Assembly (NCBI GenBank): GCA_015548865.1
Contig: JADMXW010000031.1
Span: 1-32,000 of the forward strand
Length of the DNA: 32,000 bases
Direction: 5' to 3'
From: Serratia marcescens
GTDB taxonomy: Bacteria > Pseudomonadota > Gammaproteobacteria > Enterobacterales > Enterobacteriaceae
Shown one piece after another: positions 23,823 to 32,000 of the stretch (the first letter of the stretch is position 1; every line of letters begins with the position of its first letter). The notes beneath the pieces were generated by a model, which was given only the letters and a program-made list of their open reading frames with translations, was not told the origin of the DNA and searched no databases. The translations under genes and the position numbers were made by a program.

Positions 23823-24428
23823 CCTTAAATCAAGTCGTTTAAATCTCGTTGGATATTTAGCACAGTACGGTGGCTTTAAATCACCAACCTTTACATGAAG
23901 CCATAGTTTTCCTCCGTTTATGCCTGATATTACCCGATCGCTAATCCCGTATATCTTGCTAATGCTGATATGGGTTTCACCGGAAGTTAAGCGATGGATT
24001 ATGTCAATAACATCCGACTCGGTTAGCTTCGATGTTGTGACTTTGCTACCCCTGCGAGGGTTTGCTCTACCCATAGACATCATATGAGCGGAATTACCAG
24101 CAGTAGTGGTCCATTCTAGGTTTAAAAAGTGATTATTTGAGCGGTCACAATCGATATGGTTAACAACGTCACAACCATCTTGTTTTTCACAAAATGCCTC
24201 AGCAACCATGCGATGAATTTGCCTGTGGTGAGACTTCCTTCCCCCAGTCCTGAAAGAGACGCTTAGGTATCCATCCTTACTGGAGTAAGGGGAAATTATT
24301 TTTCCGGGGAAAAACCTATCCCATCCCTGCGGATAGCTGACGTATCTATCAATAGAGCGGAAAATTCCTGTGTTTGATATCTCATAAGATCCTTCAAAAC
24401 CGGCAACAGGTTTCCAAATTTCTTTCAT
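23796..24428 (-). CDS. NUMOD4/HNH homing endonuclease
   Basis: MKEIWKPVAGFEGSYEISNTGIFRSIDR (NUMOD4), HRMVAEAFCEK...VNHIDCDRSNNHFLNLEWTTTAGNSAHM (HNH). Confidence 0.93.
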   Translation of the reverse strand: MKEIWKPVAGFEGSYEISNTGIFRSIDRYVSYPQGWDRFFPGKIISPYSSKDGYLSVSFRTGGRKSHHRQIHRMVAEAFCEKQDGCDVVNHIDCDRSNNHFLNLEWTTTAGNSAHMMSMGRANPRRGSKVTTSKLTESDVIDIIHRLTSGETHISISKIYGISDRVISGINGGKLWLHVKVGDLKPPYCAKYPTRFKRLDLRLQRPVRDV

Positions 24429-24473
24429 AGCAACTCTCCATCACAGAGTCATCATCACTGAATTGATGCGGCA

Positions 24474-24497
24474 GGCCGGGTGATGAATCCGGCTTTT
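24474..24497 (+). terminator. Possible terminator upstream of tail tube gene
   Basis: GCCGG-gtgatgaat-CCGGC-TTTT. Confidence 0.45.
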
Positions 24498-24570
24498 CGG
24501 GGATCAACCTAGCCGCTTATTTATTATACCACATGCGTCTTATTGGCGCTAAATCACTCGGAGGTACCCG

Positions 24571-25743
24571 TTGAGTAGCGGAGCCAAAGTAACAAGCGCA
24601 TTCGTGCGTGAAATAACAGCTGGAGTTACGCCAATAGGTGCAACTTGGAATTTGCTAAAGCGAACTAGTTGGGGGGTGGGGCCGACACAAAACACATCGG
24701 AAAATGATGAAATAGGTGGAACAAGGATGAGTCAGGGCTCGTCTCGTGGGACAGTCGATGTTGGCGGCGACGTGGCTACCAAGTTCCGCTATGGGCAGCA
24801 TGATGAATTCCTTGCATCCTGTTTCGGATCAGAATGGGCGTCAAACGTTCTGACGATGGGCAACGACCGTATCGCTTTCTCGCTGGCAACCTATGCCTCT
24901 GATATCGGCGTGGCGTCCATTGTTCGCGGCGCTCAGGTAAGTGTGTTTCAGCTTGAAGTGCCCAATGACGGAGATGTAACCGCAACCGTGACATTCGCTG
25001 GTCTTGATTGGGATTCTAAGGCTGACGACACAAGCTACATCAACGGTACGCCAGCAGATAACGCAGGTGATTTGCGCTACTCCTTCAAAGAAGTGACTGC
25101 GATCAGCCTGAATGGCATTGATGGTGGTAGCGGATTCTGTATCGACACGTTCAATATCCAGTTTGATAACAACGTGCAGACACAACGCTGTATCGGGACC
25201 GGATCGCCTTATGCCGGGGCGAACATTCCGACAACCTTCACCCCGTCAGGTTCTATCACACTGTCATGGTCAAAGGCTGCATGGGAGGTGTGGAGCAAGA
25301 CACTCACCGGCGCAACGGTGCCGTTTAGTTTCACGCTGGCGAACGATGAAGGCTCTTATGCTTTCAACTTCCCGAAAGTGCAGGTATCCGGCGATTGGCC
25401 CGATGGTGGCAATACCGACATCATCCAGGTGCAATTGGATATTACCGCTTCCGATGAGTCGCCCACCATCACTCGTCAAACAACCGTCCCGGCTACCGCT
25501 ATCAGCGTGCTGCCCGCGACTTCTTCCGGCGCTGTAGCCTCAACGGTCGGCCTTACCGCTACGCTGACGCCTTCAGGTGCAACAGATGTGGTTGAATGGA
25601 CGTCATCTAACCCAGCAGTCGCAACCGTAGCCTCTACTGGTCAGAAAACAGCGCAGGTAACACGAGTAGCCGAAGGCACAGCAACTATTACCGCCAAGGT
25701 TCGCACTTACACGGCGACATCGGCAATCACTGTAACGGCTTAA
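24571..25743 (+). CDS. Major tail tube protein with C-terminal bacterial Ig-like (Big_2) domain (TTG start)
   Basis: VPATAISVLPATSSGAVASTVGLTATLTPSGATDVVEWTSSNPAVATVASTGQKTAQVTRVAEGTATITAKVRTYTATSAITV is a classic Big_2 pattern; GGAGG SD. Confidence 0.88.
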   Translation: MSSGAKVTSAFVREITAGVTPIGATWNLLKRTSWGVGPTQNTSENDEIGGTRMSQGSSRGTVDVGGDVATKFRYGQHDEFLASCFGSEWASNVLTMGNDRIAFSLATYASDIGVASIVRGAQVSVFQLEVPNDGDVTATVTFAGLDWDSKADDTSYINGTPADNAGDLRYSFKEVTAISLNGIDGGSGFCIDTFNIQFDNNVQTQRCIGTGSPYAGANIPTTFTPSGSITLSWSKAAWEVWSKTLTGATVPFSFTLANDEGSYAFNFPKVQVSGDWPDGGNTDIIQVQLDITASDESPTITRQTTVPATAISVLPATSSGAVASTVGLTATLTPSGATDVVEWTSSNPAVATVASTGQKTAQVTRVAEGTATITAKVRTYTATSAITVTA

Positions 25744-25755
25744 CACTTTCCCTTT

Positions 25756-25791
25756 GCCCGGTCAGGTCTGCATGGCTGTCCGGGCCTTTTT
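25756..25791 (+). terminator. Terminator-like hairpin after tail tube gene
   Basis: GCCCGG...CCGGGC-CTTTTT. Confidence 0.5.
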
Positions 25792-25806
25792 CATGCAGAG
25801 GAATAT

Positions 25807-26256
25807 ATGATTATCATCACCCCACGAATTGACGTTGACGGCGAGCGCTGGATTGAGCCTCTTGAAGGACTGCGTCTGAAAGTCACCAGCAGTGAGAATC
25901 ACCAGTTCCGCTCACGCAATGCCGTTGTACGCCGCCATATTGAAAAGCTGGATGCTCATTTCAAGGTAGGCACAACCGAGTTTAACCCCGCAGACGTTGG
26001 TGATATTGACTCCATTGACGACCTGCTGATTGATACCGCCGCTCGCTTTCTTCTTCGTGATTGGGAAGGGGTAGGCGAGATGGTAGATGGTAAGGAGCAG
26101 GCTATTGAATACACCACAGAGCGTGGTGCTGTGCTGCTGAAACAACACCCTGAATTGTACTGGCATGTGCTGTCTGCTGCTGCTGATATCGCCAACGGCA
26201 AAGCGGAGCAGGTAAAAGCGACGGTGGGAAAGTCCTCGAAGCGCAAAAGTGGCTAA
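25807..26256 (+). CDS. Tail assembly chaperone, G-like zero-frame product
   Basis: Position between tail tube and tape measure; carries slippery heptamer before its stop. Confidence 0.82.
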   Translation: MIIITPRIDVDGERWIEPLEGLRLKVTSSENHQFRSRNAVVRRHIEKLDAHFKVGTTEFNPADVGDIDSIDDLLIDTAARFLLRDWEGVGEMVDGKEQAIEYTTERGAVLLKQHPELYWHVLSAAADIANGKAEQVKATVGKSSKRKSG

Positions 26257-26570
26257 ACGAGTTCGGCGGCGAGACGGGCGAGAAGGCCAAATGGCGGCGT
26301 GAAAAGCTAGGCTTGCCGCCAATTCCTGAGCCGGAGATAGACGAGGTGACAGGAGAAATCCTCAGCGCCTACGCCGTTATATCCCGCTCCCGGCAGTATG
26401 TCGGCATGGCTGGTGCTCCGCTGCCGATATCGCTTGCTGACGTGGATCGCTATCTTTCCTCTCGCTCTATCCTCATTGATCGCACAGAACTGGACGCTGC
26501 TGTATTCGCCCTTGATGACGCATGGCGCGATGAGTGGGCAAAAGAGCAGGATAAGCGCAACAAGAAATGA
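25807..26570 (+). CDS. Tail assembly chaperone, GT-like -1 frameshift fusion (about 254 aa)
   Basis: Slippery G GGA AAG at 26226-26232; the -1 frame reads VLEAQKWLNEFGGETGEKAKWRREKLGLPPIPEPEIDEVTGEILSAY... to 26570. Confidence 0.88.
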
Positions 26571-26633
26571 CTTGCATTGCTTTGCGCTCACTCAGTGATA
26601 GGATGTGACGAAATGTTACTCAGGGGGCGAAGC

Positions 26634-27005
26634 ATGAAGAAAGTGATAATTGCTGGCATGGTTGCGTTTATGCTGGCTGGGTGTGTCTACTCAAACCATT
26701 TTGAAACCGGAGCGCCGGTTGCTGTAGAAAACGTTAATAAAATAGTTAAAGGAAAAACAACCGAGGCTGAACTTATAAGCTTGTTCGGGCAGCCATTATC
26801 AAAAGCAGTAGTGAGCGCCACTGAGTCGAAGTGGATTTACTCGCATACATCATCAACAGCGTCCGCGCAGGCTTTCACGATGAAAACCACATCGAGCGCA
26901 GAGATAACCACGCTTGACATTCTCATAAAAGATGGTGTGGTGATTAATTATGCGTTCACCAAAGCGCCGCTTAACCCGAGCGTTAAATTCAACTCGTCGC
27001 TGTAA
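26634..27005 (+). CDS. Lipoprotein with BamE/SmpA-like region
   Basis: MKKVIIAGMVAFMLAGC lipobox; VNKIVKGKTTEAELISLFGQP resembles the BamE/OmlA motif. Confidence 0.78.
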   Translation: MKKVIIAGMVAFMLAGCVYSNHFETGAPVAVENVNKIVKGKTTEAELISLFGQPLSKAVVSATESKWIYSHTSSTASAQAFTMKTTSSAEITTLDILIKDGVVINYAFTKAPLNPSVKFNSSL

Positions 27006-27011
27006 GGATTA

Positions 27012-27551
27012 ATGATGACGAAATTATCACTTATTGGCCTGCTTGGTGCGGCTTTATTGCTTGGTGGTTGCGCTAACGATGTGGGCGTAAATCCAGTAAC
27101 GGCAACAAGCGATTTCGACGGGGCTAAAACAGTAACTATCATGCCTCACGGTGCTGAATGCTGTATTGCTGTTGGCGCATTCTGGACAGACAAAGCACCT
27201 GATGTGGCAGTCTTGGAATTTAAAATATTCGGCGCTTATACCAATATCGAAAGCGTCGAATTGAACATTGACGGGAAATTTATCAGGTTGGATGCCGCTC
27301 AGCGGTTTACTAACTTTTCCAACAATGGCGGCATGGTCGTGGCGCCTGGAGTCCCGATTGTTCGAGAGTCAACCATGGGATTTTCCACATCACTTGACGT
27401 AGTGAAATCTATTACTGCATCGCAAAAAACAGTGGTGAGGCTAACAACCCTGAATGACGGCGCAGTTGTAGCGAAGATCAAGGATGGCGCAACGGACAGT
27501 AAGGCCTATTACGCACTTCAAAGGTTCCTGGCTGCCATACCGAGAAAATAA
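27012..27551 (+). CDS. Lipoprotein of unknown function
   Basis: MMTKLSLIGLLGAALLLGGC lipobox. Confidence 0.78.
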   Translation: MMTKLSLIGLLGAALLLGGCANDVGVNPVTATSDFDGAKTVTIMPHGAECCIAVGAFWTDKAPDVAVLEFKIFGAYTNIESVELNIDGKFIRLDAAQRFTNFSNNGGMVVAPGVPIVRESTMGFSTSLDVVKSITASQKTVVRLTTLNDGAVVAKIKDGATDSKAYYALQRFLAAIPRK

Positions 27552-27571
27552 ACACATCAGATTTATCGAAG

Positions 27572-27594
27572 CCTCGCAAACGCGGGGTTTTTTT
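27572..27594 (+). terminator. Terminator downstream of lipoprotein pair
   Basis: CCTCGC-AAAC-GCGGGG-TTTTTTT. Confidence 0.7.
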
Positions 27595-27612
27595 ACGCCC
27601 GGAGAAAGGTAA

Positions 27613-30504
27613 ATGGCAGAACAAACATCACGCCTTGCGATCATCATCGATAGCACCGGGGCGGAAAAGAACGCCGATAATCTGGCAACTGCGCTGGGGA
27701 AAATGACGCAGGCGGGGCAAAACGCCGCATCTGGGGCGAAGAAAGTAAAAAAAGCCACTGAAGAAGAGTCTGAAGCGTTATCTAGCCTCCTTGACCGAAT
27801 TGATCCGGTTAACGCTGCACTAAACAAACTAGATGCCCAGCAAAAAGAACTGGCAAAATTCAAATCCAAGGGGTTTATCGACACTGACACCTTTGATGCC
27901 TATTCGAAGAAAATAGAGGATTCCCGAGGAAGATTATCAGGGTTTTCTGATCAACTATCCAAAACAGGCATGTCAGCGAAACAAACCGCCGCCGCTATGC
28001 GCATGGTTCCCGCGCAAATGACGGACATCATTGTCAGCCTCCAAGGGGGGCAAGCACCGCTTACTGTCTTGTTGCAGCAAGGTGGGCAGCTTAAAGATAT
28101 GTTCGGCGGTATTGTCCCGGCAGCAAAAGCGCTTGGTGGTTACGTAGCTGGTTTAATCAATCCATTCACATTAGCGGCTGCCGCCGCTGGAGTTCTTGGC
28201 CTTGCATATTATAAGGGAAGCCAAGAGCAGAGCGCTTTTAACGAATCACTTATCCTTACGGGGAATCTGGTAGGAAAAACATCCGGGCAACTGGCGCTGA
28301 TGGCAAGTAATGTAGCGTCGGCAACAAAAACTACCACTGGCAACGCGTCCTCAGTGCTGAATCAGTTGGTTTCGACTAGTAAGGTTGCCGGAGACTCGCT
28401 GCAAATAGCGGCATCGGCAATTGTTAATATCAACAAAGAAACCGGAATTGCCACTGATCAGCTTGTTACTGACTTTGGCAAATTGGCAAAGGACCCCGTT
28501 GCCGCTATTGCAGAACTTAACGAGAAATACAACTTTCTAACGGTAGCAACATATAGCCAGATTAAAGCTCTCCAAGAGGAAGGTAACACACAGGAGGCGG
28601 CTCGTATTGCTACCGAGATATATGCAAACACTCTAAATACAAGGGCGGCGCAGATACACACTAGCCTTGGTACTCTTGAAACTGCATGGAACGCGATCAC
28701 TGGAGCAGCAAAAGGCGCATGGGACGCAATGCTTGATGTTGGTCGCCAAAAAACGCCAGAACAGAGCCTGAAAGAGCTAAGTGATAGAATCGCTGAGGCG
28801 CAAAAAGCGCAATCAGAAGGTGGGATTTGGAACAGCTTTAATTCAAAATTCATCAACCTAGATGCAATGATTAAGGCACGTGATGAACTTCAATCACAGA
28901 TTACTACCAATAGCACGCTGAATGGCATCATTGACGAGCGAAACAAAAAAGAGCAGGCGCTGCTAAAGACCCAGCAGGAAGCGGACAAGGTTAATCAGCA
29001 GTACATTTCGAATGCCGAGCGGAGAAATAAAGCCATTGCACAACAACAGAAGTTTTTGGATGCTGGTGCAATTAGCGCTGAACAGTATGCAAAAAACGTT
29101 GAACGCATTAACGAAATGTATAAGGACGCAAAAACGCCAAAGTATTCAGAAGACGCTGCAACGCGCTTGCTGGATCAAATTTCTAAACAGAACGCATCTT
29201 TATCCTTACAGTTAGAAACCACCGATAAGATCACCAGTGCGACACAGCAGCGCATCAAGTTCGAGCAACAGATAGCAGACCTGAAATCAAAATCTCAACT
29301 CACAGCTGACCAGAAATCAATCCTGGCGCGTTCTGATGAAATTTTGCAGGCATACAAGGCGCAAGAGGCGCTATCCGACCAAGTTAAGACGCTTGATGAT
29401 TATCGTAAAATGCAAGATGACATCAGGAGCAAAGACCAGAAAACAAATGACCTTCTACGCGATCGGCTTGAGCTTTTGGAAAAAGCAAAAGCGACTGGTG
29501 CCCTACAGCCTGGTGAATACGACCAGACTAGGGCTGGGATTCTAAAAAATACACAGGCCACTTTGCCCAAGAGCGTTACCACTGCAACAGGCGGCATTTC
29601 TTCGGGTAAAAATGGAGGGACGGCAAGCACATGGAGCGGAGTTGGGCAGCAGTTTAACCAAAACCAGCAAGCCAGTTCTGAATTGGAAGCGTGGTACCAG
29701 CAACAATTAACGTTTTATCAGCAGTATTACGAAAGTCGGAAGAATCTCACTGCTGAGTATGAGGCGCAGATCACCCAACTGCAGAACACCTACGGACAGC
29801 AGAGGGTGATGCTTGACCAACAGCGCAGCCAACTGATCCAGACATCAACGCAATCAATCATGGATAGCGTAGTGTCAATCACAAGGGATGGTTTCGGTGA
29901 GCAGTCAGCTATCTACAAGGTTGCATTTGCCGCCAACAAAGCATTTGCGATCGCTCAATCAATCATCTCCATTCAGCAGGGTATCGCGCAGGCCGCGGCA
30001 AACCCATTCCCTTACAATTTGGCTGCAATGGCATCCGTCGCGGCAGCAACGGCAAGCATTGTATCGAATATCTCTGCTGTGGCTGGGGTTGGGTTCAAAA
30101 CCGGTGGATATACAGGTAATGCTGGGGTTAATACGGTTGTCGGATCTGTTCACGGTAAGGAATACGTGTTCGATGCCGCTGCAACAAAACGGATTGGCGT
30201 ATCCAACCTTGAGGCATTGCGTAACGGCGGATCACTGGATGCCACGCTGTCACGTCCGGGGTATGGGACTGGTGCTACAAGCGTGTCGAATAGCAATGCA
30301 AACACTACCGTATTCAGCCCAAACGTTAATGTAAGTAATTCGTTCAGTGGAAAGCCTGATGACGCCACGCTTATCGCTATTAATCAGAGCAATAAGCGGC
30401 TGGCTAAGCAGATCAAGGACGAACTGACGGCAGAAATAATCACGCCACAGGGGCGCTTTGGTAACGCCCTAAAAGGTAGTTACAGAAGGCAGGGGCCAAA
30501 GTGA
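27613..30504 (+). CDS. Tail tape measure protein (lambda H-like)
   Basis: 963 aa with VPAQMTDIIVSLQGGQAPLTVLLQQGGQLKDMFGG and C-terminal AAATASIVSNISAVAGVGFKTGGYTGNAG...HGKEYVFDAAATKRIG. Confidence 0.95.
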   Translation: MAEQTSRLAIIIDSTGAEKNADNLATALGKMTQAGQNAASGAKKVKKATEEESEALSSLLDRIDPVNAALNKLDAQQKELAKFKSKGFIDTDTFDAYSKKIEDSRGRLSGFSDQLSKTGMSAKQTAAAMRMVPAQMTDIIVSLQGGQAPLTVLLQQGGQLKDMFGGIVPAAKALGGYVAGLINPFTLAAAAAGVLGLAYYKGSQEQSAFNESLILTGNLVGKTSGQLALMASNVASATKTTTGNASSVLNQLVSTSKVAGDSLQIAASAIVNINKETGIATDQLVTDFGKLAKDPVAAIAELNEKYNFLTVATYSQIKALQEEGNTQEAARIATEIYANTLNTRAAQIHTSLGTLETAWNAITGAAKGAWDAMLDVGRQKTPEQSLKELSDRIAEAQKAQSEGGIWNSFNSKFINLDAMIKARDELQSQITTNSTLNGIIDERNKKEQALLKTQQEADKVNQQYISNAERRNKAIAQQQKFLDAGAISAEQYAKNVERINEMYKDAKTPKYSEDAATRLLDQISKQNASLSLQLETTDKITSATQQRIKFEQQIADLKSKSQLTADQKSILARSDEILQAYKAQEALSDQVKTLDDYRKMQDDIRSKDQKTNDLLRDRLELLEKAKATGALQPGEYDQTRAGILKNTQATLPKSVTTATGGISSGKNGGTASTWSGVGQQFNQNQQASSELEAWYQQQLTFYQQYYESRKNLTAEYEAQITQLQNTYGQQRVMLDQQRSQLIQTSTQSIMDSVVSITRDGFGEQSAIYKVAFAANKAFAIAQSIISIQQGIAQAAANPFPYNLAAMASVAAATASIVSNISAVAGVGFKTGGYTGNAGVNTVVGSVHGKEYVFDAAATKRIGVSNLEALRNGGSLDATLSRPGYGTGATSVSNSNANTTVFSPNVNVSNSFSGKPDDATLIAINQSNKRLAKQIKDELTAEIITPQGRFGNALKGSYRRQGPK

Positions 30505-30530
30505 TGAGGCCAGCTAAGCTAGCCTTTTGG

Positions 30531-30758
30531 CTATTCTTCTTTTAAATCATTTTCAAGCTGAACAACAGCTCGTTTAAGGAAGTCTAGTGCTCTGCGTTTT
30601 ATCTCAAGATTCAGCTCGGAACGTGAATCAATAAATCTATCCACCCATATTTCCAAATCTGCCATGTTCATACCCTTATCTTCGCCAAGATCATCTGTAA
30701 TTTGGAGCCAATATCCATTCTCTGAGCTGTTTGCGTCATGCTTAGTTCTGAAATTCAT
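30531..30758 (-). CDS. Hypothetical reverse-strand moron
   Basis: 75-aa ORF with strong SD (GGAGG) before ATG at 30758. Confidence 0.65.
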   Translation of the reverse strand: MNFRTKHDANSSENGYWLQITDDLGEDKGMNMADLEIWVDRFIDSRSELNLEIKRRALDFLKRAVVQLENDLKEE

Positions 30759-30816
30759 AAATCCTCCAGAGGGGTAAGGGTGAAATCTAATTCTACATGT
30801 TTTCTAGAGGATAAAA

Positions 30817-31281
30817 ATGACAGGCATCTTTTACCCGCATGAATGGCTGCCAATGCCGCAACAGGAAGGATATGGGTTTCAGCCCATATCCCCACTGCTA
30901 CGCACTCAGATGACATCCGGGCGAGCGCGGCAGCGCAGGAATTACAAATCGACACCAACGCAGGCAAGCATTACGTGGTTTTTCGAGAATGACAGTCAGG
31001 CGCAGTTATTTGAGGCGTGGTATAGCGAAACGTTAAGCGATGGGGCGGCATGGTTTTACATGAAGCTGCAAACACCTCTTGGTGTTGAGTTCTACAAATG
31101 CCGGTTCACGGATATCTACCAAGGCCCGACGCTGGTGGCTCCGATTTACTGGCAATTCACCGCTACGCTTGAATTGTGGAAGCGGCCTGTGCTGCCTGAT
31201 GGCTGGGCGGAGTTCCCGGATTACATCATGCAAAGCGGCATTCTCGATATTGCTGTTAACAGGGAGTGGCCCGAAACATGA
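30817..31281 (+). CDS. Minor tail protein
   Basis: Located after tape measure; aromatic-rich tail-protein-like sequence (EFYKCRFTDIYQGPTLVAPIYWQFTATLELWKRP). Confidence 0.75.
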   Translation: MTGIFYPHEWLPMPQQEGYGFQPISPLLRTQMTSGRARQRRNYKSTPTQASITWFFENDSQAQLFEAWYSETLSDGAAWFYMKLQTPLGVEFYKCRFTDIYQGPTLVAPIYWQFTATLELWKRPVLPDGWAEFPDYIMQSGILDIAVNREWPET

Positions 31282-31763
31282 CAGTGCTGGATCGGCTATA
31301 TGCCTCAAGTGGCGATGAGGTCATTCACGACACGCTACAGATAGTTGTGGGTGATTCGACGCTATGGCTAACGAAAGGGTGGGATGACATCACCGCCACG
31401 CTGGAAGATGGCACAACCGATGCGACATTTATCGCATCGGCTATTGATATCGCGCTGCCAGCCAGAAATAAGGACGGTACGCAGGATTTGAAATTCGCTA
31501 TTGGGAATATCAACGGTGAGGCATCAACGATTATCCGTAACGCACTGGACAACCTGAGTAGTGCCACGCTGACATTCAGGCGCTATATCTCCACCGATTT
31601 ATCAGCCCCGGCAGCAGTGCCAATTCAGCTTGCTATCAAAAGCGGTTACTGGACTTCGACCGAGGCACAAATCACAGCCGGATACATGAACATTCTCGAT
31701 ACTGCGTGGCCTCGTTTTCGCTACACACTGCCACTGTTCCCCGGTTTGCGTTACCTATCTTAA
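31278..31763 (+). CDS. DUF1833-like tail protein
   Basis: MTVLDRLYASSGDEVIHDTLQIVVGDSTLWLTKGWDDITATLEDGTTDATFIASAIDIALPARN; ATGA overlap. Confidence 0.75.
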   Translation: MTVLDRLYASSGDEVIHDTLQIVVGDSTLWLTKGWDDITATLEDGTTDATFIASAIDIALPARNKDGTQDLKFAIGNINGEASTIIRNALDNLSSATLTFRRYISTDLSAPAAVPIQLAIKSGYWTSTEAQITAGYMNILDTAWPRFRYTLPLFPGLRYLS

Positions 31764-31772
31764 GGATTTCTC

Positions 31773-32000
31773 ATGCTGAACATCGATAAGTACCGTTCTG
31801 TCATCTGGCAGAAGGGCGGGCGCATTTATCCGCATCTTGACTGCTTCGGCATTGTGAATGAAGTGCGCCGCGACCTTGGGCTTGCCGACTGGCCCGAGTT
31901 CGACGGGGTAACGAAAGATGATGGCGGACTTGACCGTGAAGCCAAAGGGCTAATGCGCGAACTGGTTCGGTGTGAGGCTATTGAAGGGGCAGGGATAGCT
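31773..32000 (+). CDS. Partial ORF, probable NlpC/P60-like tail hydrolase or minor tail protein (runs off right edge; not in ORF track)
   Basis: MLNIDKYRSVIWQKGGRIYPHLDCFGIVNEVRRDLGLADWPEFDGVTKDDGGLDREAKGLMRELVRCEAIEGAGIA..., position after DUF1833-like gene. Confidence 0.55.
   Translation, partial: MLNIDKYRSVIWQKGGRIYPHLDCFGIVNEVRRDLGLADWPEFDGVTKDDGGLDREAKGLMRELVRCEAIEGAGIA

Noticed and set aside
26313-26570. Independent gene starting at TTG 26313
   Set aside because: Better explained as the T part of a -1 frameshift fusion from 25807 via GGGAAAG; the frame is open and protein-like upstream of 26313.
28458-28856. Minus-strand ORF (132 aa) within the tape measure gene
   Set aside because: Antisense to a confidently identified, continuous tape measure CDS with no independent signals.

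Overview
The window is the interior of a lambdoid (siphovirus-type) prophage or phage genome. It is cut at both ends, and no integrase or att site is visible. The gene order is canonical: a leftward pL operon (edge-truncated repeat protein, small ORFs, N), an immunity region (OL, CI, OR, Cro-like), cII, an OOP-like RNA, a ClpX-zinc-finger-like ORF, O with an internal iteron origin, and a DnaC-like loader. Then come a nin-like region (NinB, adenine methylase, NinE, YbcO-like, RusA), Q, pR', a tRNA-Asn-like gene, the lysis cassette (dual-start holin, SAR endolysin, Rz/Rz1), an HNH endonuclease and a KilA-N protein. The late region continues with TerS/TerL, portal, MuF, scaffold, P22-like coat, head-tail connectors, a minus-strand homing endonuclease, tail tube, a G/GT-type -1 frameshift, two lipoprotein morons, tape measure, tail-tip proteins and an edge-truncated ORF. 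The sequence supports much regulatory structure that the ORF track does not show. This includes matched nutL/nutR boxB hairpins (GAAGA loops) beside an N-like gene, 3 OR and 4 OL operator-like 14-mers with pL/pR/pRM of lambda geometry, a likely leaderless cI start, and a pRE TTGC-N6-TTGC site. It also includes an OOP-like RNA displaced from cII, origin iterons, a pR' pause/leader region and the GGGAAAG slippery heptamer. I did not find a clearly unprecedented defence or other system. The most interesting unexplained items are a BamE-like/lipoprotein moron pair upstream of the tape measure, an insulated reverse-strand gene between cII and O, a stand-alone ClpX-type zinc-binding protein next to O, a small membrane-like ORF convergent with cI, and a repressor whose S24-like domain seems to lack the catalytic dyad. 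All family assignments are by eye and need database confirmation.
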